From positions 120,838,001-120,902,000 of the forward strand of contig OZ024740.1 in NCBI GenBank assembly GCA_964016885.1: DNA of 64,000 nucleotides, read 5' to 3'. The stretch comes from Eledone cirrhosa. Taxonomy: Eukaryota. Both the position numbers and the translations under genes were made by a program. Positions 1 through 15,263 of this stretch are shown piece by piece (the first letter of the stretch is position 1; each line of letters opens with the position of its first letter). The notes beneath the pieces are model-generated. The model had not been told where the DNA came from, did no database searches, and worked only from the letters and a program-made list of their open reading frames with translations.

Positions 1-2850
1 CTTCGTCAGGAGCATTAAATTCAAAAAGCATTATAGACACAGGAATAACTTCCTCACTATATTAGCAACAACTATAAAAAAAATTAAAGATAGCCACCTC
101 TTACATGTTATGTCAGACAAAACTAAAAATCTATACACCTTGACTCCTGAAACTTACAACTCTTTCCTTGTCAAGGAACTTAATAAAAACTATAAACAAA
201 ACTATACGCTCCAGTGTAAACACACTTAACCGAAAAGCCCAGGCTTTGGTTAAGGACTTGCATCGGGATAGATTTACCCACCCTTATGTACCAACAACCC
301 CAAGGTTCTCCCTCAAGGATCATAAACCAAACTTTATAGAGAACCCATCTATTAGACCTATAAGCCCAACCACATCCGACCTGGGTCGTATCAGTAAGAA
401 GATCCTTGATAGGATAATCCCTGGGCTACGGGATGACATCACCTACAAATCGTGGTCCAACACCGGCCAAGTCATTAGATGGTTCTCCGGTCTAAGGTCC
501 AAGCAATATATGAGGTTCATCCAATTTGACATCGACAGCTATTACGCTTCAATAACCCCGGAACTGCTCAACAAAGCATTAACCCTTGCCAGCACCAACT
601 CGGACATAACCAATAATGAGATTAACATCATACTTATGGCTAGGCAGACCATCATTGAATTCAACGGAGCACTCTGCACTAGAAAGGATAGAACAGACAA
701 TTTTGACATCACGATGGGCTCAAGTGACTCTGCGCAAATCGCCGATTTAGATGGAATTTACCTATTACATAACATCAGAGCCGAAATCCAACTTTTGCAA
801 GGTGGAATATACAGGGACGGCGCCCTATTTGCAGTCCACAATTGCACTAATCGGGGCATTGATTTTCTAAAAAAACAATTACATAGATTCTTTAAAAATA
901 ACGGTCTCTCTATCACCATCGAGCCGCACCATAAAGTAGTAAACTTTCTAGACGTCACCCTGGATCTCAACAATAACCTATATTACCCTTACTATAAACC
1001 AGGAGAAATACTCACATATATTAGCCCACACCCTAACCACACAACGGCAGTCATCAGATCAGTAAACGAATCTATCTCATATAGGATCTCCATGCTATCA
1101 GCAAATGAGGAGATATTTATAAACCATGCACAATATTATAATAAGGCTCTTTCTGAATCTGGTTATGAATAATCCATTTACTACATACCTAAATGCCATA
1201 ACACAGCAATTCACCATAATAAACTTAACACTAGAACTAGAAATACCTTAGCATATAGCCAGATTCGCCGGAATTTTAGCAGTAACAGCACCTATACAGG
1301 GAAGTTTAATGGTTGCAGCGGCCTACTCCACACTCCAAATAGCAAACTAAAAATCAACCCTAGAATAGGAATAAGAAATGGGATGACAAATAACAAATCC
1401 CCAGGTAATAATAACCCTAGGAAGGACCCTACCAACTCCACTAGAATCCCTAGAAGGAATAGACCTAGAAATATCACCTGGCTTAACTTCTCATCTAATC
1501 TAGCCACTAATATCCCTAAACGCTTCTTCTCTATCCTATCTAAACATTCCCCCCCCCCCAACCATAGATATTACGCACTCTTTAATAAATATAACATTAA
1601 AATCTCATTCTCCACAACACCTAACCTATCGCATTCAGTAACCATCATAAACTAAGACAGTATAACTCCCACACCGCGGTACCACGACCCCTATCAAATA
1701 CACCACGCCACTACACCAATAATTACTCGAGTAGCACACCTCCCCCCAACTAATCCTTCTAGCACTGACAAACCGCTTAGGTTAAACTACCCTACTCTCA
1801 GTAACCGCAGAAGCAACTGCAACTGCCGTTACCCTAATGCATGCCCATTAAATGGACACTGCCTGACACCCAACATAATCTATATGTGCACGGTTAAAAC
1901 TGCTTCGAATACCAGCTCTTATATCGGGTCTACCTCTAACCCTTTTAAGGTACGCTATAACGCACACTCTTTTTCCTTCCGAGACCCTAGCAACAGATGT
2001 TCGACATCTCTAGCTAGGCTCATTAAAAACCTTAAATTAAGCAACAATGAACACTCCCTAAAATGGGATATCGTAGCTAGGGTCCAACCGTTCAATAGAC
2101 GAAGAAAAGCTTGTGACCTCTGTATTACCGAAGCATATTACATAACTCTATCACGACCTCTACCGATTAACGATAGAACGGAGGTAACTATTAGCTGTCA
2201 ACATCGAAGGGCTAATTCCTTGGCCAATAGAATATTTGACCCAACATAGTCATCTAGCCCCATTTTTACTTGTAGCTAATAAGTTAAATAGCTATAACTA
2301 ATTTAGATAATTATAAGTTACCTCCCCTACAATGTCTCTCAATTAAACAATTTTAAAAATTAGCACTTAACTATAAACTACCCACAATTTCTAAATTCTT
2401 GAGGAATTACTTCCCCTGAAACCACCCTCTAATTAGTAAGGTAAATATGTCCTTTGGCGGCCATCTTGTTACCGATAGGCAGATCTCACACAATGCAGCC
2501 TCGACAGATGAATACTGCTTGATTATGGCTGACAACTGATACAACCAGGACACCATAGTGAAACACCAATATATGGAACACTACATTATGTAACATGCTC
2601 TCCTTATTTTAATTTATATTCCTTTGAAATTCCGATGAGTTCTGTTTTTAAATATGTTAATTATTTTCAACTGAACCAGATCAATAATGATATATAGTCA
2701 TCTGATTCAGAAATAGTATATGGAGTAGCGAAACAATTGTAAACGGACATTATTATTATTAATATTATTATTATTATTCTCTACATTCCTCACATCAAAC
2801 TAAAATATGTTGACAATCTTTTAATAATGTCTTCCTTATGAAATTTGTGG
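1..2850 (+). mobile_element. Naiad-type Penelope-like retroelement, decayed (RT + GIY-YIG EN + 3' UTR); runs off the left edge of the window
   Basis: SDKTKNLY near 113-145 in a frame upstream of ORF 168. ORF 168-1172 has LKDHK, FIQFDIDSYYASI, MGSSDSA, YRDGA (catalytic DD mutated) and NFLDVTLDL. RNITW.N..F lies in 1383-1655, CNCRYPNACPLNGHC at about 1818-1862, and YIG..FKVRY..H, CDLC, SCQH in 1884-2249. Stops and frameshifts are present. Confidence 0.92.
2629..2743 (+). ncRNA. Degenerate hammerhead ribozyme candidate with long helix II
   Basis: CCGATGA (2632-2638) ... GAAA-C-AATT-G-TA (2730-2741). Internal stem ctgaa-ccagat/atctg-attcag. Helix I is weak. Confidence 0.4.
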
Positions 2851-3000
2851 CCTTGTTTTGCTTAACTAATGAATATTTCCAGCTCTGCGCGCCTAACTTC
2901 TGCATGAACCAAGCCACCTGGCTGCTTTCTACTGCATATTGTACATTGAGCACATGCCTTTACGCTTTGACTTCTAACTAATTCACCAATCTCTCCACTC

Positions 3001-3050
3001 ATATCTCCTCTACTATCTCCATCTCTCTCTTTAAGATTTTTACTCTTGAA

Positions 3051-3090
<40 letters not shown>

Positions 3091-3139
3091 TTCAAGAGTA
3101 AACATCTTAAAGAGAGAGATGGAGATAGTAGAGGAGATA
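3001..3139. repeat. Inverted repeat (about 56 bp arms) centred on a (TA)n tract
   Basis: atatctcctctactatctccatctctctctttaagat...gaaatgtg, then (TA)n, then cacatttc...atcttaaagagagagatggagatagtagaggagatat. Confidence 0.9.
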
Positions 3140-3293
3140 TTAATTAAGAATCGACAAGATACGGTTTATAACTTGGTTATATGCCGAACCATCGTGAATT
3201 ATATGATAGACCCGTGGTCTATATATTGCGTCTCATGGATTATGTGAGTGGTGGTGTGCGCGAAGACAGTGGTACTGTTTTGCCTACGATAAA

Positions 3294-5722
3294 AGCCCAG
3301 TATTACAATGAAGCGTTAGCTAGAGCAGGATATAGTGATAAAATTATGTACATAGATAATAATAGACAAACTAACCAAAATAACAACAATTTTAATTACG
3401 GCAACAACTTTAACAACTATAATAGAAAGCATTACAATTATTCCAAAAGCCAAAAAAGAAATAGAACTAGGAATATAATATGGTTTGCCCCCCCTTTCTC
3501 ACTAAACATTAAAACCCACATCGCTAAACTATTTTTTAATGCTCTTGATAATCGCTTCCCTAGAACACATAGGTATCACTCAATTTTCAATAGACATACT
3601 ATAAAATTAACCTACTCATCCACCAACAATTTAGCACAAAATATTAATAGAATAAATAATAGGAATTTAAAACCTAGCCAAAATACCGATAATAGCATAA
3701 ATAATATCCAAGTTAACAAATGTAACTGTAGAGATAGATCTAAATGTCCGTTAAATAACAATTGCTTAGTTAAAAATATAATATACAACTGTAATGTTAA
3801 AACAGACTTAAATTCTTTTAACTATGTTGGTTCCACCTCGACAGAATTTAAACTTCGCTATAATAACCACAAGAATTCTTTCACAGATCCAAGCAAAAAA
3901 TCCTCAACATCACTATCAGGCCTACTCTGGCAACTTAGGCATGATAACGTTGGATATTCAACGGCTTGGAATATAGTCTCAAGAGGGATTCCTTTTAATT
4001 CATCCTCTGAGACATGTGACCTCTGCGCGGAGGAGATATTCTTTATACTAAAATCTAAAAATTCCCTTAATTTACGGACAAATTTATTCAGTTGCTGCAG
4101 ACATAGATTGAACTCAACTTTTAAATATAAATATAAATTTAAAATGTACTATATTTAATTTGATTTATAATTATTTATGAAACTCGCCGATAAATCTTTC
4201 GATTCCTTTTTATTTTAAACACTCTTCATGAATAATTAAACTACCCTAAAAGCTGATGCTCCAAATATATCGAATAAATTTTACACTAGATAAACTTCTA
4301 TATTAAATATAAGACCATCTGTAGATCAAATGGGTATCCTAAACTTTTGGAATGTTTTCTGCTAGACAGGATTTGGTAAATAATTTTGGTTTTGTTTCCT
4401 TTTGATTCTGATGCTTATAACGAACTTGGCAATATATTGTCAATTAACTTTGAAGGGTTGATCTCTGTGGTTGATTTGCGGGGCATACTATGTTTTATTT
4501 TTATTTAAATATTTTTAATATTTTTTAATATTTTTAATATTTTTATTTTTAATATTTTTTTTGATTTTTTTTGTTTTTTATTTACTTTTTGTTTCTGATA
4601 TTTTTATTGATATATTGATATCTGTTCTCTATTTATGCTTGAACGATAATCATGTAGAGTAAAGACATGAATAGTATTGTTAAAATTAATGTAGACTCTA
4701 TATATATTTGTGTGTATGTACACATATATGTATACTTAAATTTTTATAGCACAATGAGAATGTTTTCGTGTGAAATAGGAATTTGCAGAGCTGATCACGT
4801 AAATTCACATGGATGTATATAGTATAAAATCTGGGATAACCTTCTATTTAACTCAACTCTAATATAAACCTAGGATTTTTAGACTAGACATATGATCATT
4901 ATTTTTCACACATTATTGATACGTGTCTCATTCATGAATACTGATATTTACACTATAATGCCTGGTTTATACGAATTGATATTTTTTACATTGATGAAAC
5001 ATAGTGTTTTAAATCTGCCTCGTTTTTGTGTGGATATTTTTCTTTTCTCTCTATGTAACGGCTGTTTTTTCTCTTAACCACATATATCTCTCTCTACATT
5101 AATACTAGAGCTAAATAAATAAATAAATAAATAAATAAATATATCATTGATACGTCATTCAACTGGTGCCCAACTACCTAGTTTCTTTCTCTCTATCTCT
5201 ATCTATATCTATCTCTCTATATTTTCTCTCTCTCTCTCTCTCTCTCCTCTCTTCTCTCTCTCTCTCTCTCTATCTATCTCCCTCTGTGTTTTTTCCTCTC
5301 TCTATATATCTCTCTCTGTTTCTTTACATGAATTTCTTCTCTCTATCTATTTCTCTATATCTATCTCTCTCTATTTAATTGCATGCATTTCTTCTTTTTC
5401 TTCGTTTTTCTTTCTTTCTTTTTATAACTGTCCCTAATATTTTTTCACTACCAAATCAACTTTTCTAATAGAAGTCGAAGTTGAAAGGTATGTCGAATCT
5501 ATCTATTTATAAGACTGTTTATATTGTATTTTGTCTGAAGAAGGTATAACATATTTTTAATATGATATCCCTGAAATATATATAATGAAATAAATATGGT
5601 TTTATAAATATAGTTTCCATTTATTTAATATCGTAAATATACTCCAAATACTTGTTGAGTGCTTTTATATCAGTTATAAATATTTACTCGTTGTTAACCG
5701 AACAATTTAAATAAAACTTTGC
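3294..5722 (+). mobile_element. 5'-truncated Naiad-type PLE (RT thumb + GIY-YIG EN in ORF 3181-4158) with long 3' UTR ending at (TA)n
   Basis: YYNEALARAGY, RNIIWFAPPFS, IFNRHTIKLTYS, CNCRDRSKCPLNNNC, IIY..YVG..FKLRYNNH, CDLCAEE, CCRH. Confidence 0.92.
5521..5597 (+). ncRNA. Minimal type-I hammerhead ribozyme
   Basis: CTGAAGA 5535-5541. Helix II aggtataacatatt/aatatgatatccct. GAAA 5573-5576, then T-ATAT-A-TA. Helix I tattttgt/atgaaata. Confidence 0.8.
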
Positions 5723-6117
5723 ATATATATATATATATATATATGTACTGAACAATAGCAGGCATAAACACTACAGGGAGCCTCACCCCAGAAAGAATTC
5801 TATAGACTTCTGACTGAGGAATGCTCTCAGAACTGAACAATGGGAAGTTTGACACATTTTTTTATATTTTGTTCCTTCAACCCCTTGTCCCTTCTACCAT
5901 TTTATCAATTTTTAAGCTAACTCCAACAATGACAACACTAATAACTGACCAATGAGAGGAGAAGGGGATCTGTGACACGAAAATTCGTTTGTTTGAATTC
6001 ATATGACTCCAGTTCCCCAGTGAATTAACAACCCAGCAAGGAACTGGGCATATCAGAGTATTGACAATATCATACACCTAAACAACATATGTACTTGTCT
6101 ATACCATACTAATTCAA

Positions 6118-6172
6118 ACTGCCTGAAGAGGTCACAGCCAAAGATGGCTGTCACTGAAATATATATAGCAGT
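6118..6172 (+). ncRNA. Minimal type-I hammerhead ribozyme with intact core, in an orphan PLE 3' end (about 5750-6320)
   Basis: Helix I ACTGC/GCAGT. CTGAAGA 6123-6129. Helix II gtcacagcca-aaga-tggctgtcac. GAAA 6156-6159, then T-ATAT-A-TA. Confidence 0.88.
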
Positions 6173-6318
6173 AATAAACGAAGCTAAATTTTAATCATTT
6201 GACTTTTATTTAACTTTATTTTACACTACTCCGGAGTAACCAAACCAACCTGCGCACTTCGTCGAGTGCTCCAGCCTGCATACTGAGGTGTTGGTACACA
6301 ACCAACATAAACTCAAAA

Positions 6319-6502
<184 letters not shown>

Positions 6503-6532
6503 TCCGTGTGTCTGTATATGTGTGTATCTGAA

Positions 6533-6725
6533 GGCACGTAGCTTAGATATCAGAGCTTGTGAGTTCGGTTTCCGGACAGGGTTAAACTTGAGTCTTTTGA
6601 CAAGACATTTTATTTCACTTTGCTCCAGTTCACTCAGCTGTAGAAAGGAGTTATGATGTCACTGATGTTAAGCTGTATCTTCATTTGCCTGACACGGTGG
6701 CGTGGAGAGGGAGGACTGCTATGTA
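6533..6725 (+). mobile_element. tRNA-derived SINE with CORE-like central domain, decayed
   Basis: B-box-like gagttcggtttcc followed by caagacattttatttcactttgctccagttcactcagctg. Similar sequence at about 52690 and 61150. Confidence 0.6.
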
Positions 6726-6744
6726 TAGATGAATAAGGTTTTTC

Positions 6745-7290
6745 CCCAACTTCTGATTCCTGAGCTTAGCGCAGTGTCTTTACAAAATGAACCACAGCTG
6801 GTATTGATCTTCTATTTGATGTTCTGTCTTAGTTCAGTGATGGTCCTGGGTTTGTTGACATATACCCTATCCTTCAGATAAGCCCACAGAAGGGAAACTT
6901 GTGTGCTTAAATCAGGGCTGTATGGTTGTCACACGAAATCAATCATCAAACTTATCACACGATTTCCAAAGTTATTTTCAGGCTTTCTCGCGGCCCATTG
7001 GAGCTATGAGGGATTGCTTCATTTTGTTTGAAATAAAACCATTTTATTCGAAGAAGAATGGGACAATCGGCCCTCTTTCAGAAATGTCACCACAGAGGCT
7101 ACATGTAGTTGAGTGGAGAGATATCACAGATATTTCAGTGGGTTTCCCTGACCTCCAGAACACATTGATCTTAGAGTTGATCTTCCTCTAAGTGAAAGTG
7201 GCCTTCATGAAAGGTCCACAACAAATTCAGAAAGTTAGTGTTGTTTACCATTTCCTCAAGCATTTTCCCACCCATAGCTTTTCTCCTGAT
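6745..7290 (-). pseudogene. Tc1/mariner-superfamily transposase relic
   Basis: Minus strand reads PFFFE, then *QPYSPDL (WPPYSPDL motif), then LLWAYLKDRVYVNKPRTITELRQNIK. Multiple stops and frameshifts. Confidence 0.8.
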
Positions 7291-7486
7291 TTTATCAGCT
7301 ACAGTACGCTTTTGTTTAGTTTTTATACTGTCGAGGTACTACATAAAATCCACTTTGACAAACCTTCTACAAGTTCTGTGGAGACACCACACACATACAT
7401 AGACAAACACACAGGCAAACAGACAGACATATAGACAGACATACAGACAGACAGACAGACAGACAGACATACAGACAGACAGACAT

Positions 7487-7519
<33 letters not shown>

Positions 7520-9560
7520 GACACACACACATACACACACAGACATATATATAGATTAGGCTTCTACCTGCTATTGGTACCATGGACCCCAGTACAACCT
7601 TCTTCCTGTTCGATTGGTCGGTATATTAACCAACTCTGCCACAAGACGTTGCTGTAACCGTATTTTGAAACACAGCAGCAAAACGAAAAAGAGCTGTTAA
7701 AGGACGAATGAACTCCTTGGAGTAAAGAGCCATCGAACCCAACATAGGCTCCTGAACCCTTAATATAGCTCCCGGGGTGATATGATCTGACATAATATGT
7801 GACATGGACTGGGTTTCAAAGAGTTTACATTTATCCGCTTACACTCAAAAGGCATGGATCAATTCGAGGCTATACTAAATGATATTTACACACCCCGAAT
7901 TAGGTTCGAGCCTTGAACCTAAAGATTGCAAAGAAAACTTTATAACGATTTGGCCATGCTGCGTCCAAAGAACGGTCGTAACAGACTGCAAAAACATATG
8001 AATGTAGTCAGCTATCAGCCAAAAATTTGACAGAAATTTTCTCACTGGCAGTGGGCCACATTTCGCTCGATTGGTTATCACGTCAGATAATTGCAGTCTT
8101 AAACAAAAACAAATCTGTTTAAGAGACCATTTCTACAAAATGATGATCTTTTAGTGAAGCTATATACTGTACAAACAATAAAAATACCTAATTTGACCCA
8201 CTTCCAACTTAATAAATATATGAAAAGAATGAATAGTATAGGCGAATAAATATGAAAACAAATCAATCAACCCCATAAACATTTGTTGGTGAAACCTTCT
8301 GCACATGAAAACTTTTCCCAATTTATTTATTGATGAAGCATTTTCCTTAAATAAGATTTATTTTCCTCTCGGCATAAAAACAGTAAATACTATCTTTGTT
8401 GTGTAGGTGTACGATCGACTGGATTAACTCTCGCTACTTATTTTTCAAGTATGTTACTTCTTTCTCTATCATGTTGTTGTCGAACCACTAACGTACGGGA
8501 TATATACTAGTGTCTAAATACAAAGGTAAATACACACACACACACATATATATATATACATTTACGACGGGTGGTATGCAGTTTCTAACAACCGAATTCC
8601 ACTGACAATTTATTTTCCTAAGAGGTAGCGACGCATATATATAGGTACGTATTTGATTCCATTTAGATAAAGGGTAAAGTTGACCTCTGTTGGAATGTAG
8701 AGCGATGATGATTTTCTCTGATCCTCTGCTGTTTAAGATTTCTCCTTTTCATTCCATGAAATATGCAAAATGAATATAACAGTTTTGTGTGTCTTAGATT
8801 ATTTAAATGGCTCAGATCAAGTCACTAACCAAGCAAGTACAACTCCGCAATGAATATTAAAATTGTTCAGAATTATTTTATTATGTTTTGTGTTGATTAT
8901 AACTATGCAGCAGACCAACATTTAAAACTGAAGATTTATATATGAGTGTATCTAAGCAGTATAATACTGGTACTTATTCTATTGATATTGAAATGCTAAA
9001 GATGAAGTAAATTACAGCTAAGAAAGAAATGTTGTTTTTGCCTGCGGCGATAAAACGATTAGACATTACCAAAATAACTTTTTATGGCTTAGACCAGGGT
9101 TCACCTACCTGGTCAATATCGTCCACCGGTGGTCGATGAACAACTGAAGAAAAAAAATGTGAGCTATGTGGGAATATCGGACTAGTAACAAACTTTTATT
9201 AATCACTTTTGGTATTCTTTTGAATATTTGCTATATAGGTGGGCGGTGGAAGATTTTTCCATGTAAAAGTGTGCAAAAATGCGAAAAAGTTTGAGAACCT
9301 TTCACTTAGACAGAGGAGGCGGAGCAATACTTACACGATCTTTGCAGGATCATCGAGACTAGGAGGGAAATGGCAAGAAAAGAATATTACGATAGCTTAT
9401 GCCAAGTGGAGCTGCTATACCGGGTGACGGATATATCTTAGAATAATTATTTTGAAATACGAAAATAGGATCGATTAAGAAAATACAAAATTATGGAACA
9501 TAAAAATTGCATAAATAAATAAAAAAAAAACTATACCACACACACACACACACATATATA

Positions 9561-9649
<89 letters not shown>

Positions 9650-10931
9650 AGAAAACCTATACGTTTGTAAACAGTCGTTAAATGAAATGATACTTAAGTG
9701 AGGCATCATCAGTCCTTAACACACCGGTTGCTGTTAAGTATATCGTTGTTCTTTGTCCTCTAAATGCTAGTGTTTTCCGCTAAATTGGAAAGAAAGTACT
9801 GAATGTCTTGACGATGGATTGAAGTGTTCAAAATTATAAACAGTCACCGATGAAATTTTAAACTTGAAAAGTAAAGAGAACAATACTATCTAACTTTAAA
9901 AGTGGGATAGTATCCTCCTTTTGTTATACAATCACAATTTAACTAAATCATTGATTTAACTTCCCGGCTAAAACTTTATGAAATACAAAGCAAAATTTCA
10001 CTTAAACAAAAACAATAAAAATCAAATATAAAAATGCAGCTTTAGTTAAAATGGCAATAATTACAAGTAGCATCTTGACAAGAATATAAACCATACACCA
10101 AGGTTTGGTCACCGCTCATAATTGATTCATTATAGCAAATTTCATTGTTTGTCTTAAAGATGTATAGAAAGAAATCATACAGCTTTATATTTTTCCCTAT
10201 GTCACATTTCTTTCTCTGTTTTCATTCTTTCTTGACGTGTTATTCTTGTCTTTATGATCATCCCTTTCACCCATTTGCCCTCTCGTTCTCTCCATCTTTT
10301 TTACTATCTTATCCTTTTTTTAATGAATAAACAATGCTTCGTAGATAATACAGGAAATTAATTGTCACGAAATGTTAAACTTTGACATCAATCACTGCCC
10401 TAAGGTAATGACATTGATGGTGATGATGGTAATAATAATAATAATAATAATAATCATGATATAATATCTGGTCAAACTTACAGAAATAAAAGTAGACATC
10501 ACAGACATCATTTTAATAAGGCTACCAATACAAATAAGATGCCTTCTAATATAAAGTCGATTTATATCTATATTTATATATATCGTTCTATCTCTGTAGA
10601 CTATACATATAAATAAATATGATATTATGTACGCCTGAAATGAAACACGAACTGCGTGAGTTTGGAATCATTCCACCTAATTCTACGCGCTTCAGTACAT
10701 TTAGCGTTTTTATAGCATTTTTTGAACACTAGCGTTATTTGCTGCAGGTTTTAGCGTTGTCACACATTTTTCTACAATTTATGATCATGGCAATAACAAG
10801 GTTGTTTCTGTGAAACACAGTCATTGCAAATACCACAAGAAAGTAGTTGATCATTGACGTTTTCACCGTTGTTACACCGTTGTTTACGTAGAACATTCTT
10901 CTTTCCTTTACATTTTCTACAGAAATACTTA

Positions 10932-10969
<38 letters not shown>

Positions 10970-12403
10970 GGAGAGATATAGATATATACTCATATGTACG
11001 TGTGTGTATCTATATATAGGGTGCACGTTCGTACAAGTCCTGATCGGAATATCCCTCTCAAGTAATTGTTTAAACAGTGTAAAATGAAAACAGCGTCATT
11101 TCGTTCGTCTTTATTCACTCTATTCTAGTTTTCACTCCTGTATTTCTAACCTGCAGTGTACTGGCTTTTCCGAAATGATCTTTCCTCACAAATTAATAAA
11201 GTTTCACTTATTCCCCTACATTTCATGTGTATTTTATTGCACACAATTTTAATCTTCGTATTATTTCCCTATATTACTTCCACGTTTTTATGTAACTTTG
11301 TCGTGTTTATTTAAACGTTTTTTTTTTTGTAGCCCAGTCGCCTTAATGTTTCAGTATTATATGTACAATATACTGATTGTAAAAATCCTCCGGGGCAAAT
11401 AAAGAAATATTATAAATACAATATCAATAATGGTTAGCAAGCCTAATGATAAATTCTATTCTACGTAAGCCAAAAATACAACACTAACAATTTTAATAAG
11501 AACCCATCTTATACTACAGGTTCCAAATTGCATCACACCAAATCCTGTTAAATGTCATAATAGCATCCGACTTTATCCTCAACTTTGTATATTTCCATAA
11601 AACTGTAACACGGCAAATATGTTTAGCGATATATTTATTCATTTATTTAATGCCTGATTACTTCTGATATCTACGCTTCTGTGTGGTATGTGCCTTTATG
11701 AGATCTCTGCCTCTAAGCAGTCCGCGTCGCTCTAAACTCTGTTAGGCTGCCGCCAAATTGACCTTAATTGTAGCGTCGGCCTGGCTAACCAGATAAAAGT
11801 GGAGCTTGACAATAAAAAAAGATTTCGAGAACTCATATATGGTTCAACGTAATTCATAAATATTCCGTGAAATAACAATTTAGTCTGTCCAGATGCATGC
11901 TGGGTGTTGAAACCATCCGAAACGCCCCAGTTAAGTGTCAGTACGTTTAGGTATTTATGAAGGGATAATCTTTCTCAGCCTGATGATTACGGCAAAGAAG
12001 TTGTTTGGTGGACGTTTCTGAATAAATTGAAGGCAGAGCTTTCTTGGGAGGCCAAACCCTCGATAATTCTTCAAACACCACTAGAAGAATGAAATAGAGG
12101 TAGAGATAAAAGTGCTTTCCCCAACACATTTTCTGAAATATTTATGAGAGTATTGACATTAGCAAACTTTAACCAAGCAGTTATATGTTAGCAGCAACCA
12201 CAAAAGAGATTGCGTGTAGTGCCTCGAACTTTCTTATTTCAATATCCTTTATTTTGTTGTTTTCTGTAGTTACTAGGCGGCGTAATGGCTGAGTCGTTAC
12301 AATATTGCTTTGCGGCAGTCGATCCAGCTATTTGAGCCCTGCGTTCATATCTCGCTGAGGTCAAGTTTGTTTTCATCTTTTCGTAGTCGTTTAAACAAAA
12401 ACA

Positions 12404-12472
<69 letters not shown>

Positions 12473-13482
12473 AATATATATTTATTTAGATATCTTCTAT
12501 CTGGTTCTCTCTATGGTATAAGTCGTCTATAATAAGACCTGGAAAGCGATGGGTTCTCTCAGGTATATGTTATGACGCTAACCCTAACACTCCGTCAGAA
12601 ACAAAAATACGTGTAGAAGAAATAAACTAATAATAGAAGGATTTTACTAGAAAAACATTTTTACGGACTTTAATATTTACAATTTTACTGAGTTGTTAGA
12701 ACGGTGATTAAATACCTTGTGGCATTTGTTTCGGTTTTATGCACTCTTAGCTTTAAACATTCAACTCGGTGAGATTTGAATTCAGAACGCAAAGTGTCGG
12801 AAAAAATACTAAAAGGCATATTGTTTGATTCTTTAATGATTCTGCTAATATCTAGCGAGTGAAGTTGGTAGACACAAGTATTAAATAATAACAATATATA
12901 GTGGAAAGTCAATTTGTTAATACAAAGCTTCTAGTGTGATGAAAACATTCTGTATCATCATGGAACTGTGGCAAAATGTGACATTCGCCATCATTGCACC
13001 TACTTATAAGCGAATATAATCGAAGTTATGCATAATTTGGTTTTCCTAATGATGGATTTGAGCAATTATTGAAAGATATTGCGTCCGAATATCATTTGCA
13101 ATAAATAACATTGTAATAATAAGTATATAATAAATAACTATTCATATGATGAGTAATCTTTTGAAGGATACGAGTGTTATTATGGGTAACAGTAGATAAT
13201 ATTTTAAAATGTATAAATATATAAATAAATACACAAAATATAAATATAAAAATGAATTCACTGTGCTAGATTTTGGTTGAAGCGATTTATAATATGCTCA
13301 AGCTCAAACATTAGAGATAAAGTATTAAATAAAGCAGAAATTTCAGTAAGAGGAAAGATAAATAAAGAAACGTTTTATATATTTTCATATATATTCATCG
13401 CATTCAGCAAATTCAGCGAAGAAATAAAATGGAATCATAGATTAATAGACAAAAAAAAAAATGTTTTCCTTCGTAGAAAGTG

Positions 13483-14155
13483 TCGTCTAGAAAGCGTAGA
13501 GACCGGAATGTTGTCAGGCGGGCAATGTGGTCAGGGGAAATTCAACTCTAGGGTTCTCCAGAAGACTAGATTTTGGAAAGTGCAACGACATTATCGGAGA
13601 GGCTCTGGGCGTCGGTGAAATCGAATTGAGCAGTGTATTCCGGAGGATTTTCATGCAGGATACTATGGACAACTTCCAGAAATCCTTATCTTGGCAGTGC
13701 TACTGGCAGCAACTGCTGTTTCGAGATGAACTCTACAGTCAAGGAAGTGCGGCCACACGGACCTGTACGAGGTGCGCGCAGAGCAACGAAACTATTTTGC
13801 ACGCACTCGTCCAGGGTACGTGTATTACTGAATGTGGAGTGTTGTCGAACAGCTATTACAAAGTGTATGACGGATATGCCTGTCGACCGTGTGCATCCTG
13901 AAAATCACGCCACTACCTTTTGGCTGAGAAGGTATGAAATGTTGCCATGCCTGATGGCTTTGCGAAGAGGTTGTGTGGTAGACGCGACTGAAAGGACTGA
14001 AGACCGACACTTTCATCTTCGGCTAATCTCGCATCAAGTTTTTGAAGTTCCAATCAAACCTCCACTGTTCCTGCTTTTGTATTGTCCCCCTATATGTCGG
14101 GCCTTGTGTCCAATAAAGAAATTATTATAATTATCATTAATATTATTATTATTTT
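13483..14155 (+). mobile_element. L1/Tx1-like LINE 3' fragment (zf-RVT-like CCHC region) with AATAAA/(ATT)n tail
   Basis: ORF 13527-13901 has DNFQKSLSWQCY...CTRCAQSNETILHALVQ. Tail ccaataaagaaattattat. Confidence 0.7.
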
Positions 14156-15186
14156 CTTCACAGTTTATCACTGATTTCTCATTAATTCTATAATTGATGG
14201 TTATTGATGCGTGTTTATACACCGGATTACATTTTATAAGGAAGATTACAACCTCCAAGAACAGATTTTTCTATTTTTGTACGCCAGCAATATGGATTTT
14301 ATCGCTCAATTCTTTCATTTATAACTACTACTACACCTCTTCAATCTTATGTCAATGATAAATATAGACCGTCAATGTCTTATTTCGACATTTATATTAT
14401 ATATGTTATCATTAATTTTTCTTATCTTCCTATATAATCTTCTTAATTTGATCATCTTCCAATTTACAACTTTTACTTACAGTTGGCTCCATTAATAAAT
14501 TAGTGCAAATACCAAGGTGATAAAAAAACTGTAAACTGATAAAGTTCTGTCTCTAACAATATTTTTTCCTTATTGCACCTTGTCTTTATTTATTCAGACA
14601 TTTTTATTAGCCTAATTTTTATTTCAAATTCTTTAATTTCTTTATATAAAATTGTACTATGCGTATTTATCAATTTATCATTAGTAATTTTGCTTTTGCT
14701 TGATTTCTGTTCAGTCTTGATTGAGCAAACAAATATGATCAACGGTGTTCTAACCGGAATCATTGTCTGTTTTTTTTTCTTTGTAATTTCGGATTGCATT
14801 AAACAGTGTGTCCGTTTTGTTCATAAAGTGTGAGTTGAGGGACTTTTGTCGCTATTTCTTCCATGTAGAACGACCATGTAGAGGTTCACTTTGTGATATA
14901 TTATTTTCCATGTTGGAGTGAAAGCTCGGCATTTGTAGCGTGTGTCATACATATTATTTTTCTGTTGCTGTTACAGTTGGGTAATTTAGATTTAAATAGT
15001 CTCCTATGTGGTTGAATATAATTTTAATGGAAGTAGCCCCACTACTAGCGCGTCATAAGATTCCGGTACATAGAGCAATATTTAAAATCTGAGTGTAGAG
15101 AGGTGGGATAAATATCAATGCTCTATAGACTCTGCTAAGTCGTCTCTATAAATTAAGCAAAAAATTACATTTTTAACATTGTAGGA

Positions 15187-15260
<74 letters not shown>

Positions 15261-15263
<3 letters not shown>

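Noticed and set aside
9094-9302. Possible hAT-type MITE (cagggttc.../...gtttgagaacc); similar weak candidates at about 7620-8210 and 48477-48615
   Set aside because: Terminal inverted repeats and target-site duplications are too eroded to support.
11890-12130. Possible host exon (60-aa ORF 11947-12129 in unique-looking sequence)
   Set aside because: No recognisable domain and no convincing splice context; it needs RNA-seq or BLASTX support.
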